Shown: positions 20,239 to 31,484, counted from the stretch's first letter. The stretch is 62,335 nt of DNA from a virus (IMGVR_UViG_3300032770_000023:1-62335); one strand, 5' to 3'. Made by a program: numbers and translations. The notes: generated by a model from the letters alone, not told the origin.

Positions 20239-22512
20239 CTACTCGGTAGAATTCTGATCCGGCTGAGCGTTCTGCATAGCCGTCATTCCGGCTTCATGTG
20301 CTTGATCGCTCTGCTGTTGGCTCTGTTGAATAGCTGCCTGCTTGTCGGCAATAGCGTGCTCTTGCGCATGATCTTGAGCCTGCATCGCTGCCTCGTGTGC
20401 CGCTCCGTGATTCTCTTGCCAGAACGTCTGATACATCTGCTGACGCTGTTGATCGTCTTGAGATTTCGCTTGAATCTCAGCGATCAGAACTTTGATGTCG
20501 TTTGCCAACTGCGATCTGAAGTTCTCGTTGTCCTGCTTCATCGCCTCAAGATGAATCTTCGTCTGCTGCTCCAAGACTCTCCCGGCACGATCCTCGTGAA
20601 GCGCGGCGTTCTCCTGCTGAAGTTGCTGAACGAGTTGCTGCAACTGCTGGCTTTGCGCTTGAAGCTGTTGCGGGTCTCCCGGCTCAGGAGCGAGTATCTT
20701 TACAACTTCGTCCATGATCGGACCCATTTGCTGATACTTGATCGACAATGCGAGAATCTGCTCTCTCTTCGCGGGATCAGCTACGAGCGCAGCCAATTCC
20801 TGAACCAGTGTCTTCAGGAAGTCTTGAGCAGCATCGCGTTCTGAATCCTCGTTCGGGCCGACGCTCACCGTAACGTCGAACTCTCCGAGTTTCATCTGAT
20901 AGTGATACTGATCTCCGTCTGGTCCTTGAACTGGCTGATCCGTGTTGATCTTGACGAGCATTTCCTTGCGATCTTTCTTCATGATCGGGACTTCGCGCTC
21001 GTTCACTTCCACCTTTGAGATGAGATCGTTCACGATCCTTCCGGCAGCAGCAATCGCTCTGTTATAGTTTGCGATGAAGTGATACGACCCAAGATCGCTC
21101 TGCTCGTCTAACTCCTCAATCGCTCTTCCGCTTTTGACGTTCGTGTCATTCTTTCCGATAGACGAGTTATACATCCCGATGGCACTCTGAGCAGCCTTCG
21201 CGAAACTCTCTGCGCCGATCTCAAGGTTCTGAATCGGAGGATCGAACGGATCGCGCTGCGGAGGAGGAAGCGGATTGTCGTCTGCCGTCATTCCTTCGAC
21301 TCGCGCCTTGTAGTACAAGAATGCTTTCGGAGAGCGGTTCGCGTCTTCTACTTCTTCCTCGTGTCCTTCGAATTGCCCTTCTGCCGCCATCCAGTTCGAC
21401 TTTGGAACCATAGACGCGGCTTCCATTTCGCAAGTCTTGAAGTAGTTGTAGCCCATCTGAGCATCGCGGGCATTCCGGATGAGCGATTGAAGCACACGCT
21501 TCGAACCTTGAGCCTCGTCGAGATACAACTCCTTTCCGAAACATGGCACTATCGGAATCCACTTTCCAAGCCACGCATTCTCTTCCAAGATTTCAACGCC
21601 GTTCGTGATGTACTGCACGATCTTTTTGCGCTTTGCTTCGCGTGTCTGAACTACCTTGTATCGCGTCGATCCAAACACAAGATTCTGAATGTCGCCTTTT
21701 CTTTCCAGTCTGGCTCCTTTGAGGGATGACAAAAACTCAGACAAAGGTCCGACTTTCGGGTCCATGAATTGCACTAACTCATCGTCTTCTTCCTCGACGC
21801 GCCAATACTCAGCAATCTGAATGAACTTCTCTTTGACCCATTCGGGATAATCCCCTGCAAGTCCGTCGAAGTCTGTGATCGATGCTTTCGGATACTTCCT
21901 CTTGAACTCGTTGATGAGAATCTGATCGAGAACGAAGCAGTGTTTCGCATCCGAGCAGTCGATCTCTTTGCACGCTTGATCGAACAGGATCGCGTCGGGA
22001 TTCGGAACGCGGCAAATCTTGATGATTTGCTCGAATGATTTCTCGCTCTCGTAAGCCAGAAGGATTCTCAGATAGCCGTAGGAACGCTGACAAGCATTCT
22101 CCAACATCGTGATGTAGGCATCTTGAGCCTGAGAGCGGTATTGAATAGCGCGGACGCGGTTCTCTCTGAACTCGGCGAGCTGAGCCGTTGCTCCGTATCC
22201 CGCTGGACTGATCTTGATCTCTCGCGGATGCTGTCGGACTTCATTGATGATCAGATTCGTGTACTGATTAAGAATGTCGATTGCTACGATAGGCCTGTTC
22301 AGTTGCTTGCGAGCTTCTTTCTCTTTTTCGGGCCAAGGATCGTTCGCGATGAACTTGATGTCTTCTGAGCCAGCGTCCCGGATGTCCTTGAATGCCTGAG
22401 TATCCCACTCGAAGTTCTCGACTAGTTCTTCAAGCAAGGCGTCAGATGGATTATCTCTGACGTTTATCCCCACACGAGACTGGGTATTATGAACTCGTCC
22501 GGTATCAGGCAT
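20239..22512 (-). CDS. Portal protein, P22-like
   Basis: 757 aa; RPIVAIDILNQ, WIPIVP, LIRNARDAQ and FDVTVSVGP motifs; Gln-rich C-terminal barrel helix. Confidence 0.88.
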   Translation of the reverse strand: MPDTGRVHNTQSRVGINVRDNPSDALLEELVENFEWDTQAFKDIRDAGSEDIKFIANDPWPEKEKEARKQLNRPIVAIDILNQYTNLIINEVRQHPREIKISPAGYGATAQLAEFRENRVRAIQYRSQAQDAYITMLENACQRSYGYLRILLAYESEKSFEQIIKICRVPNPDAILFDQACKEIDCSDAKHCFVLDQILINEFKRKYPKASITDFDGLAGDYPEWVKEKFIQIAEYWRVEEEDDELVQFMDPKVGPLSEFLSSLKGARLERKGDIQNLVFGSTRYKVVQTREAKRKKIVQYITNGVEILEENAWLGKWIPIVPCFGKELYLDEAQGSKRVLQSLIRNARDAQMGYNYFKTCEMEAASMVPKSNWMAAEGQFEGHEEEVEDANRSPKAFLYYKARVEGMTADDNPLPPPQRDPFDPPIQNLEIGAESFAKAAQSAIGMYNSSIGKNDTNVKSGRAIEELDEQSDLGSYHFIANYNRAIAAAGRIVNDLISKVEVNEREVPIMKKDRKEMLVKINTDQPVQGPDGDQYHYQMKLGEFDVTVSVGPNEDSERDAAQDFLKTLVQELAALVADPAKREQILALSIKYQQMGPIMDEVVKILAPEPGDPQQLQAQSQQLQQLVQQLQQENAALHEDRAGRVLEQQTKIHLEAMKQDNENFRSQLANDIKVLIAEIQAKSQDDQQRQQMYQTFWQENHGAAHEAAMQAQDHAQEHAIADKQAAIQQSQQQSDQAHEAGMTAMQNAQPDQNSTE

Positions 22513-23143
22513 TACTGAGTTTTTGGAATGCGAACTTTGCGACGTTTCGGAGCACCTGCGAACAAGTACTTGAACTCCGGAACCTTGAACGCGAGATGCG
22601 GCCTGAGCGCATCGTATGCAGGCTTGCGCTTGAGCAACGGAGTCGCGAGCAAGAATGCTTTGAAGTGTTTCAGATTCACGATGCGCTTCGCGAGCGCTGG
22701 AGCAGGATCGATCAGCGAGATGCCTGCGTCCATCAACATTTCTGCTGCTTTAGCGTCCACGATTCTTCTCGCTTTCTTTCTGATTACGCCAGCACTGTTC
22801 ACACAGATCGTGCTGAAGCAAAATCTTTCCCTTCAGTCCAACTAAACGTCTCGGCTTCCTCGGCGTCATCGCTGGTCGTCCGCACTCGCAGAGCCTACGC
22901 TTTCGATGGCTTTCTTCCGCCACCTTGCCTCCGCCAGTCATAAGCGTTCGTCTCTGTGTACGAGTGCTTCCTCTGTCCGCCTCTGCCTCGCGCTACGACG
23001 GCGTTCGCTTCGCGCACGGCTCTGCCTTCGTCTCCGGTAGTTGCGAGTACCTTGTTCGCGACATCAGACCACTGACGCTTCTTTTTCGGAGTGTTCGCTT
23101 TGTGAGTGTGTCGCTTAGGTCCGTTGCTCGGTGTCCAAGGCAT
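22512..23143 (-). CDS. Small basic hypothetical proteins (22512-22802, 22895-23143)
   Basis: Co-oriented ORFs upstream of the portal gene. Confidence 0.5.
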
Positions 23144-23194
23144 TTTTATCTCTTTTCTAGGCTCGTACTAGTCAATGTGTTATACTTCGTACCT

Positions 23195-23689
23195 ATGAGT
23201 TACAGAACAGATCCTGCATACATCTTGAAAATGTCTGAGGCATTGAAGCGTTATCACTCAGCACATCCCGGCGCGAATCGAGAGAGTCTCAAGAAAGCTG
23301 AAGTTGCTCGACTCGCGTCTAAGAAATGGCGTAAGTCGATGAAGAAAGTTATGACTGCCGGACGCGAGAAAGCATGGACCTCGGAAAAGCGTCTTGCAGC
23401 GGCAAGTCGAAACATCGAAAAGGCTCTTGCTATTCCTGATCGGCGAGAGGTTTCCCAGAGAGCCGCTAAAACTGCTCAAGCAACCTATCGCAAACACAAC
23501 GGAGTATGCGCTATTTGTGAGCAACCGTGTCGTTTGTGCAAAGATCACTGTCACAGTACCGGAAGGAAACGTGGGACCATTTGCCATATTTGCAACTTTG
23601 GACTTGGTAATTTCAAAGATAACGTTCAATCTCTCAAGAACGCGATTCAATATCTTTACCGTCACACCCGATCAGATTTCCAGTTATAG
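23195..23689 (+). CDS. Endonuclease VII-family (His-Me) homing-type endonuclease
   Basis: CAIC...DHCHSTGRKRGTICHICNFGLG motif; opposite strand to neighbours; TATACT -10-like element just upstream. Confidence 0.8.
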   Translation: MSYRTDPAYILKMSEALKRYHSAHPGANRESLKKAEVARLASKKWRKSMKKVMTAGREKAWTSEKRLAAASRNIEKALAIPDRREVSQRAAKTAQATYRKHNGVCAICEQPCRLCKDHCHSTGRKRGTICHICNFGLGNFKDNVQSLKNAIQYLYRHTRSDFQL

Positions 23690-26036
23690 GCAGAGGAATC
23701 AATCTTTCCCTTTATTTCTTTTTTGTCAGCTTTCGCTGTAGAAAACCAGTCACTACAGTAGCTGTCGATCGGAGCTGGAATCTTGTCGCTTCCATGCCAG
23801 GCGACGAAGTACTCGTTCCCACACAAGCCCTTCTCCGCATCCTTGAGATACTCGCACTTCTTGCAAGACGAGCCGCCTTTCGGCACTCGCATTCCCGCGA
23901 CATGTCCTTCAGGATATTCAGGCTCTGGCATGACATAAGCAACCGCAGGAGAGTTTCGCGCACTGACAATGTTTGTGATGCTCGCAAGCGTAAGAGATCA
24001 CTGAACTGTCCGGCTGAGCGTATGTAGAATCTTTCCCGAACTTCGGCTTTCCGTTCCAGCCGCTTCCGCGTGCGCCGTCTACGACGATCTTTTCCGAGAG
24101 CGGGATCGCCTTCACGCGCTATTCCTCGTCTTCCTCTTCGTCATGCATCGCGTCAGGCTCATGCTCTCCGCCTTCCGCTTTCATCACTTGATGAGGAATC
24201 CCCAAGTGCTTCGCGAGATGATGAAAGAGATGTCCTTCCATCACTGGATGTTTCTCGCCCTTCGCGAAAACGTGAGTTTCCGGCGAGTGCTCGTAATGCG
24301 TGAAATGATGCTCGGCAACGTGACCACCGTTCTCTGCTTCGCTCACGCGGATGTGATCGAGTTCTTTCTTCATCCTCGGATTCATCCCGCCGTGCGCCAT
24401 TTGCGTCATTGCTTCTGCTTTCGCCATCACTGATTCTCCTTTTCTGAATTGTGAGGGGCTGAGTCTGTGATCTCACGCCCCTCGTCCGAAGCGGCAGTGT
24501 CGGAGGAGACGGTTGGAGCCGCTCCGGATGTCATCGCCTTCACGAGCATCTCTTCCATCACCGCGTCTAAATCTGCTGCCGAAGGAAGTCTCATTTACGA
24601 GAGCGTCCAGTTGATCTCGGCCAGAACTTGCCACTTCCCCTGATAGGCTTGCAGACAAAGATACGCTCCAGCGTGAGCAGCAGCCGTCTCTAGATTGACA
24701 TTCCCGGAACCGTCCTGAAACAGTCCCGTAGCTGTCACAGTGTGAGCGTATGCCGTAGTCGAGAAAATCTCGATGGTCACGCCGTCATCAGTTCCGGAAG
24801 TAGGAGCGGCCAGCGTCATAGCTGCGACTCCTGCCTTCGTGATTGCGTAGCTTTGTGGAGTGTGCGGGTCGATTGCTCCCGATGCCGTGATCGCGACGAC
24901 ATCGTTAAGCAGTAGCTGACCCGCCGTCTGCTTCGTGAATGCGCCTGTCTGCACTGCTTGAGTCATAGATTCTCCTTAAATCGTGTCGCGCCTGATAGCG
25001 CAAGCACGCTGATGCGAATGTCCGTGAATCATTGCACAAACTGAATTCGAGTCATGCTTGTATTCATCCCGCCAGTTCGATATGTCGACTATCGTGGGAA
25101 AGTCTTCCAGCCAAACTGTCTGACTGACTGCAATCGTGCTCAACAACATGAACGCGAAGCGGATCATGAGTGATGAAGCAGTCGGTTCGCCTTCGCTTTG
25201 ATCTTCGCAGCGCTGGAAGCGCTCAATTTGCCCTTCTTGACCATCTGCGTAGCACGGGCTTTCGCGTTCGCAGCGTGAGCACGGTCCGGCATCGGATATG
25301 CTCTGCGACCGGGAAGTCCGAACGTATGACTTGAGAGTGAGTTCCGCGCAGCCGTTGTCAGTTTAGCCATTTTTCCTCGCAAACAAGACTCCACACTGCT
25401 CGCACCACAGCACAGTGAAGTCCTTCAGTTGAAATGTCTCGGGATTCTGATACGAATCGTTTCCTACTGCTATCGGTGCGTTGATTTCTTTGCACGTTTG
25501 ATGTCCGTTTGGACAAGTAATCGGATTCCCGTCGCATTGCTTCGCCTTGCCATTGATCAAGACTCCCTGCTGCGGCTTCGCGAAGAGTTCTTGAGTAGCA
25601 GCAAGCATTCCTGATCCGTACCAGAACGCTGAGCGGCGAGTCATCGTCATAACATCGCGAGCGAGTTGCGCCCAATTACTGGCCTTTGCATCGGATCGCG
25701 TACGGGAAGCGGAGCATTCAACTGCTGGGGCTGATCGGGATTCTGCGCTGGCATCACTGGTCCGCTCCGTACTGGAACAGGCACCGAGTTTCCGAATCCC
25801 ATGTAAGGCGACATGATCGGAGACATTGGATAGGGATTCACAGGAGCTTGCGGAGGGCGATAGCCGAACTGCTGAAACGCTGGATTCGGACCCCACGTTG
25901 GCTGAGCGAAGTGCGTCGGCATGTTCGCTTGAACGGGCTGCATCGGCTGTCGCACAGGATGCTGGATAGGCTGATAGCCGTTGAGTCTCGCTCCAAGCGA
26001 GTTCACGCCGTTGAATGCTGCCTGATTAGCGATCAT
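23662..26036 (-). other. Run of small late-operon hypothetical genes (23662-23931, 23918-24115, 24119-24430 His-rich, 24595-24966, 25164-25370, 25363-25650, 25647-26036 Pro/Gln-rich)
   Basis: Tightly packed co-oriented ORFs with overlapping start/stop codons; 25164-25370 has the common phage YPMPDRAHAANAKAR motif. Confidence 0.55.
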
Positions 26037-26182
26037 GTTGCTTTCTTGTTCACGATGTTGAAGACTTCTTGTTTCAAAGCCTGAGCCCTAGCGCAGTATT
26101 TCTCGCTCGCTGCGCACTCTAAGCAACAGCGATAGTGTTCATCGAGTCGTAAATACGGCTGATCAACGGGGCAATAATATAC

Positions 26183-26211
26183 TTGACAAATCAGAATTCT
26201 GTGTTTAAAAT
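26183..26211 (+). promoter_or_regulatory. Sigma70-type transposase promoter
   Basis: TTGACA-N17-TAAAAT overlapping the left TIR. Confidence 0.7.
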
Positions 26212-26233
26212 TAGACACATTGAAGGCAAGCAT

Positions 26234-27232
26234 ATGAAACCAAAGACCTTACAAGACGCTATTCTCTTCTTCTCGAATCCCGACAATGCTCTGGAATACA
26301 TGAAGCGCCTCCGCTTTCCCGATGGCAAGGTTTACTGCCCACGGTGCGGTCGGGAGGATGTTGTTTTCCTGAAGAACCAGCGCAAATGGCAGTGCAAGTC
26401 TGTCCATCCCAAGCGGCAGTTTTCGGCCAAGGTCGGAACTGTGATGGAAGACTCTCCGATCCCTGCGGACAAGTGGCTTACCGCTGTCTGGATGCTCTCG
26501 AATTGCAAGAATGGCGTCTCGTCCTACGAAGTGGCGAAGGCGATTGGCGTTACCCAAAAGTCGGCATGGTTCATGCTTCACCGCATCCGTTTGGGGCTGT
26601 CGCTCAACGCAAGGAAGTTCGGAACCAAGACCAAGATTGGCGGAGGCTCTGGACCTGTCGAAGTTGATGAGACTTTCGTTGGTGGCAAACTGAAGAACAT
26701 GCACAAGGATCGCCGCGCACGGTTCGTATCGGAAAAGGGATTCGGCACTGGCGGATATGTCGGCAAGACTGCCGTCATGGGAATGCTTGACCGCGATCTC
26801 CGCACCGTTCGCGCCAAGGTGATTCCAAACGTAAAGCGCGAGACTCTTCAAGCTACTCTGCTGAGCGAAGTGAAGCACGGCTCTAAGGTCTATACCGACG
26901 AAGCAGTCGGCTATGACAAGGTTAGCTATAACTTCGTTCACGACGTTGTGAACCACATGGAGACTTACGTTAATGGGCAGGTTCACACCAACGGAATCGA
27001 GAACTTCTGGAGTCTGCTGAAGCGGACTCTGAAGGGAACCTACGTTGCCGTGGAACCTTTTCATCTTGAACGCTACGTTGACGAACAAGTTTTCCGCTAC
27101 AACAACCGCAAGCATGAAGACAAAACTCCGATGACCGACCTAGAACGCTTTGAAGCTGCTTTGCCGATGTTCGCTGGCAAGCGCCTTACCTTCGCTGAGG
27201 TCACTGGTAAGGATGAAGAAACGCCGTTCTAA
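26234..27232 (+). CDS. IS1595-family DDE transposase
   Basis: Zn ribbon CPRCG; HTH ...QKSAWFMLHRIR; catalytic motifs VEVDETFVGG, YTDE and HTNGIENFWSLLKR. Confidence 0.95.
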   Translation: MKPKTLQDAILFFSNPDNALEYMKRLRFPDGKVYCPRCGREDVVFLKNQRKWQCKSVHPKRQFSAKVGTVMEDSPIPADKWLTAVWMLSNCKNGVSSYEVAKAIGVTQKSAWFMLHRIRLGLSLNARKFGTKTKIGGGSGPVEVDETFVGGKLKNMHKDRRARFVSEKGFGTGGYVGKTAVMGMLDRDLRTVRAKVIPNVKRETLQATLLSEVKHGSKVYTDEAVGYDKVSYNFVHDVVNHMETYVNGQVHTNGIENFWSLLKRTLKGTYVAVEPFHLERYVDEQVFRYNNRKHEDKTPMTDLERFEAALPMFAGKRLTFAEVTGKDEETPF

Positions 27233-27555
27233 TCGGTTTTATCGGCGGCGCGGTCCGAAGAAACGCGCAAGCGAACAACCGCCATAATGTCATCACGCTT
27301 CATATTTAACCCTTGAACGGCTTTCATTAGCATTGCAAGCTGCTCAGATGCTTTGTTTACTGGTGCTCCGGTTCTCGGATCGGATGTTGATCTGAACCAA
27401 TCCCGAGGACAACTAGGACACTTGAAAATAAATTGCGGTTGCGTGTCAGTGATAGGGTAAAAAACACTAGCTCCGCACTCACATTGCAAATCAATTCCCA
27501 GCACATCCTTCGGTTCGATTAGAACTCTTGTTTCGCTTGTCATTTTTCTTCTCAA
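27229..27555 (-). CDS. IS cargo, small Zn-ribbon-like protein
   Basis: CxC and CxxC pairs; convergent with the transposase. Confidence 0.55.
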   Translation of the reverse strand: MRRKMTSETRVLIEPKDVLGIDLQCECGASVFYPITDTQPQFIFKCPSCPRDWFRSTSDPRTGAPVNKASEQLAMLMKAVQGLNMKRDDIMAVVRLRVSSDRAADKTD

Positions 27556-27664
27556 TTTTCTTGGTTTTCTCTTTATCTAACTCAGCTTTTATATCGTCAT
27601 GCGAAACCTTCATCAGATCTCGCATGGTGCGGTCAAAGTTTTCGAATTCAGATTCCTTGTTCAT
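27491..27664 (-). CDS. IS cargo, small Lys-rich peptide
   Basis: MNKESEFENFDRTMRDLMKV...; RBS GGGTGA upstream. Confidence 0.5.
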   Translation of the reverse strand: MNKESEFENFDRTMRDLMKVSHDDIKAELDKEKTKKIEKKNDKRNKSSNRTEGCAGN

Positions 27665-28595
27665 GCCAATCACCCTTCTGGTTATGCTTATCAACCCAAG
27701 ATTGCAAAGTCTGGAGTCGTTCTTTAGTCCATCCAACTTTGAGCAATTCTGAGATCAAATCTGTTGGCAGTTTCCTCCACTTGCTTCCAGGAATTAGGCC
27801 GTGCTGCTTGTAATGCTCCGCTAATTGTTCGATTTGATGTCGCCCCAGAATACCTCCGTAGCCTTTATTGCATTCGGCTATCGGCAGACAAGCTTTAGCC
27901 CTAGGACTTGCAGGATTTACCTGATTTTCGCGGAACCCATAAGCGAAATAATCGGCAGGATCAAGACAGACAGTAGTTTGATGCGGCCTAAAATCTATGT
28001 CCTTGACGCGGCGATCCATCTTTGCAAACTCGAATACAAACTTACGAAGTAACGCCATCGTCCTAGCGCGTCGGCCCTCTTGGAGATCGAAAATAAACAT
28101 GACCTCATCATTTGGGCCAAGCACTTCTTGAAGCACAACACTGATGCAGGTCGTTGCGCACATGACATAGGGATTTGTGAAACTCTCGTTAATTTTTCCT
28201 TTTATCAAATCTTCCACGTCTTTGTGCCATACCCCTACCCTTACCAAAGAGAGGTTGTATTTATGTGGAATCGGACCTAATCGCGCTAGGTCTTTGACGA
28301 TATTTTCGTAGCGCCGATTCCACCTCAATTTCGTCATGTGAAGATTCTTTCGGTGGTGCCCTAACTCCGCAATCCATTCGGCAATGAATCCACTCCACTG
28401 AGCCTCGTCGCCTATAAAACCTGCTACGTTACAAAATTTTTCAGACGGAGCAAGTCCGCTCTCATCGAAGTAAGCTGTGAACATGGCCAACTTTAACCTC
28501 TTGGGATCGCCGCGAAAACCGTGACAGGTATATACCTGCACAAGATTCTTTAGGATGCGCTGCGATTCTCCAACCCGCAATTGCAGGTCAGTCAT
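27648..28595 (-). CDS. IS cargo, DUF3800-like protein
   Basis: AYFDESG, VAGF, FIFD and ADYFAY motifs. Confidence 0.7.
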   Translation of the reverse strand: MTDLQLRVGESQRILKNLVQVYTCHGFRGDPKRLKLAMFTAYFDESGLAPSEKFCNVAGFIGDEAQWSGFIAEWIAELGHHRKNLHMTKLRWNRRYENIVKDLARLGPIPHKYNLSLVRVGVWHKDVEDLIKGKINESFTNPYVMCATTCISVVLQEVLGPNDEVMFIFDLQEGRRARTMALLRKFVFEFAKMDRRVKDIDFRPHQTTVCLDPADYFAYGFRENQVNPASPRAKACLPIAECNKGYGGILGRHQIEQLAEHYKQHGLIPGSKWRKLPTDLISELLKVGWTKERLQTLQSWVDKHNQKGDWHEQGI

Positions 28596-28713
28596 AGCGC
28601 ACCCCCGCTACGAGCATCTTTACACTTGGGTCTTGATTCCGCAAGTATATTAATGCCATCAACGGTGAGATTTGCAGTGTCAATTCCGAAATCCTCGCCT
28701 TCGAATAGATCGC

Positions 28714-28905
28714 TCATTGATCCCATCCGGAAAGCATGTAAAGCCTCTCCAACTCCTCAACTTCCACGCGCTTGTTCCCGCTCAGTTCGTCGTACATTTC
28801 CTCATGCCACTGATCGAGCAACTGACACAAATAACCGAACGCTTCTTCGCCAGTCATGTTCACTGTTTCGCGCTCTACAGCGTCGATGATGTCTTTGATC
28901 GTCAT
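28714..28905 (-). CDS. Hypothetical acidic protein
   Basis: MTIKDIIDAVERE...; directly follows TerL. Confidence 0.5.
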   Translation of the reverse strand: MTIKDIIDAVERETVNMTGEEAFGYLCQLLDQWHEEMYDELSGNKRVEVEELERLYMLSGWDQ

Positions 28906-28907
28906 CG

Positions 28908-30179
28908 TCAACTCCAAGCTGTGATCGGAATCCTGCGCAGATGTACGGGCTTCACTGGCTTCGCCTTCGGCTGTTCCTTGATCGCCACAGCCAGATACCT
29001 GAAAGCGTCTGCCGGATGGCTGGCCCAATTGTGAAGCGGCGTCCGCTTGTATGTCCTCAAGTCCTGATCGTACTCGTAGCAGTAATGCCGGAGCGCTTGA
29101 AGACCATCAGCGCATTTCTCAGAATCGAACCAGCATCGGCTGAAGATCGATCTCGCTGCCGCGATTCCGTCATCTATCGAGAGGTTAGGGACGATGCTCA
29201 CTTTCCTGTTCGCTCCCTCAAGTTGCTGCTGGATCGATTTTCCTGCTGCGGCAAGCGTTTGAGCCTTAGCGTCATGAGGCAAGTAGTCCGTCCCGTACAG
29301 ATACGGCTTGGATCGCAATTCCTTGAGGTAATAACTCAAGTCTTTCAAGCAATCGCTCAAGAAATCGATGATCCTGAACTCGAATCCAATCGACTGAGCG
29401 AACCAGATCGAAACGTTGTCGCCGTAGCCCAAGTCCCAGTACGTGTCTACTGGCCTGACAGGATCGTAAGGAACCCGCGTGATCCTCTGTCCCTTGTCGG
29501 CTGCGATCAGTTGCTCGCGGTAGATAGCCCCTTCGACTACCTGCTTACACATTCCTTCGTAAACGTGCTGATAGTCGTCTTCGTTCGTCGCCTTCAAGTA
29601 CTCCATCTCGCGTCTCAGCACGTCCGGGAACCAAGGATTGTCGCGCCAGTTGATCGTGACGACTTCGCACATCTCTCTCGGTGGAGGATTGACGGCGAAG
29701 CGCTTGTGAGTCTCGTCCGTCTCAAGATCCGGATTGTAACTGATCCAGATTTCCGATCCCTCTTTGCGCACAGTTGGTACGAGTATTTCCCATGAGCGCT
29801 TCGAGACGACGTGAGCCTCTTCAACCCAGCAGATGTCGCAGCCTTCGAACGACTTGATGTCAGTGACGCTCGCCTGTCTGAGTCCGACGAATGAAAATGT
29901 CGTTCCGTTCTGTCCGATGAGATGTTTCGTAGTGATCGAGTAGAACCAGTCCAAACCGAGCATCTTGACTTGATCGACGAGTAGTTGATATACCGACTCC
30001 TCGATAGACTTTTGAGTTTCACGAGCGCAAACGATTCTGAGTCTTCGTCCAGCCCCTTGAATGAGAAGCGCACGAGCAAATCCCCACGACTTTGCGCCAC
30101 CACGTCCACCCTTCGCAACCTTGTACCGCTTCGGCGTGAAGAGGAATCTGAGCTTCTCTGGGAATTGAACATTAGCCAT
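28908..30179 (-). CDS. terL: Terminase large subunit (PBSX-like)
   Basis: Walker A GGRGGAKS, Walker B CWVEEA, nuclease WDLGYGD and SHPADAFRY. Confidence 0.93.
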   Translation of the reverse strand: MANVQFPEKLRFLFTPKRYKVAKGGRGGAKSWGFARALLIQGAGRRLRIVCARETQKSIEESVYQLLVDQVKMLGLDWFYSITTKHLIGQNGTTFSFVGLRQASVTDIKSFEGCDICWVEEAHVVSKRSWEILVPTVRKEGSEIWISYNPDLETDETHKRFAVNPPPREMCEVVTINWRDNPWFPDVLRREMEYLKATNEDDYQHVYEGMCKQVVEGAIYREQLIAADKGQRITRVPYDPVRPVDTYWDLGYGDNVSIWFAQSIGFEFRIIDFLSDCLKDLSYYLKELRSKPYLYGTDYLPHDAKAQTLAAAGKSIQQQLEGANRKVSIVPNLSIDDGIAAARSIFSRCWFDSEKCADGLQALRHYCYEYDQDLRTYKRTPLHNWASHPADAFRYLAVAIKEQPKAKPVKPVHLRRIPITAWS

Positions 30180-30570
30180 TCGACCCGTTTACGAATTCAA
30201 TCTTCACGCTCGCGTCTATCGGTCCACCCTCAGCGCCAGTGACCTCGACCTTGTTCGGCGTCTTTCCATACGCTCTGTCGCACAGTTCCTTGAACACGTA
30301 AGCGTTGCCCTTCATCAGAGCGCGTCCGAGTGCTTTGTACGCTGCCTCCCGGTTGTTCTCTAAGATCGCCCGCGCAATGTCGGCTCCCACGTCGTGTTTC
30401 GGCCTGCCTCCCGGATTTCCTGTCTGTCCCGGCTTCCAAGGAACGAGATTCGCTAGACTATTCGGGTTGCGAGGCTTGCCACGTCTTTGAACTATCTGTG
30501 TTTTCTGTGAACTCGCGGTGGATTCTCGCTGCGCTTTGTTCTCTTCAATTGACTGAGCAGTTCTTGGCAT
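30172..30570 (-). CDS. Probable terminase small subunit (DUF5681-like)
   Basis: WKPGQTGNPGGRPK motif and C-terminal EVTGAEGGPI; directly upstream of TerL. Confidence 0.75.
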   Translation of the reverse strand: MPRTAQSIEENKAQRESTASSQKTQIVQRRGKPRNPNSLANLVPWKPGQTGNPGGRPKHDVGADIARAILENNREAAYKALGRALMKGNAYVFKELCDRAYGKTPNKVEVTGAEGGPIDASVKIEFVNGSNG

Positions 30571-30572
30571 AA

Positions 30573-31338
30573 CTAATTGATTGATTCTTTAGGGGTTAGT
30601 ATCTCTCCGCAGCGAATGCAGCGAGTCGGAGGAATTGACGAATCCGGAAAGTGTTCGAATTCGATGTCGTAACTCACAAGTCCGTCTGCTGACTGCAACG
30701 TGAAATCTACAGCGCACGGATGAACTTCGAAGTCTTCTTTGCCCTTCATGCGTTTGCCCTGTCTACTTCCGTCTTCGTGACCATAGCGCACCACCGAGCA
30801 GCACGCGCCCGAGCTACGTGAAATCCTACTTTGTTTCCTTTCGGATCATGGCAGCGCTCTCCCGCGGGAACGAAGCACACTTCGCAGTCAGCATCTATCG
30901 CCGAACCTATCGGCTTAGCTCCGGGATTCAACGATTCTTTCGAGTTCCGCTGCCAAGCAAGCTCCGCGTCTGTGAGCAGTTGAATCATTTTTCTACTTGA
31001 GTAGAAATATTCATGCGCCAAGCCTTGAGCGTCATCGACGCGCGCGTCTTCAGCGCCCGCCCAGCTCGTCCGTGATCGTTCTGCCAATCAGCAGAGCGCG
31101 GCTCCTGAAACTTCAGTCCGAATGCTACGTTAGAAGAGAGACTGTCGGGGATGTACTTGAACTGCTGAGGGACTATCCGAAGAAAGGTTGTGCCGGGAGG
31201 GAAAAGACGTATCACCTTGCGCGAGATCGACTCGGCAGCAAGACGTTGGAGCATCAATTCAGCAACAGCGCTCGATACGAATGTTGTGGGACGCGCTGTT
31301 CTTTCGTGGTAGTGAGCTAGAACTCCGACGTTAGGCAC
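30573..31338 (-). other. Three small hypothetical genes heading the late operon (30985-31338, 30746-30988, 30573-30749)
   Basis: Coupled ORFs with ATGA overlaps; two contain CxxC. Confidence 0.5.
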
Positions 31339-31484
31339 ACTTATTTTTCAGGGTGCTCGCACTCAATGGCGTGAGTGTATTCCCCCGTCGAGCGCCGAAA
31401 CTCTGGGACCGCCGACGAGCAATTGTAAGGAACTTCAATCGAAGTATATAGCACAGTACAGTAAAAGCTGTACACAATTATTTT

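Larger units (their letters stand above)
26170..28657 (+). mobile_element. Intact IS1595-family transposon with cargo genes (2488 bp)
   Basis: TIRs GGCAATAATATACTTG / GGCATTAATATACTTG (15/16 match); 8-bp TSD ATCAACGG at 26162-26169 and 28658-28665. Confidence 0.93.
26033..28717 (-). pseudogene. Small phage gene split by the IS1595 insertion
   Basis: Removing the element and one TSD copy restores MSDLFEGEDFGIDTANLTVDQPYLRLDEHYRCCLECAASEKYC...KKAT stop. Confidence 0.8.

Noticed and set aside
26249-27115. 288-aa minus-strand ORF
   Set aside because: Antisense shadow of the intact IS1595 transposase.
17783-30179. Genome-wide stop-codon or sense-codon reassignment linked to the odd tRNAs
   Set aside because: Core genes are full length in the standard code and keep normal catalytic Asp residues; the tRNAs are IS cargo.
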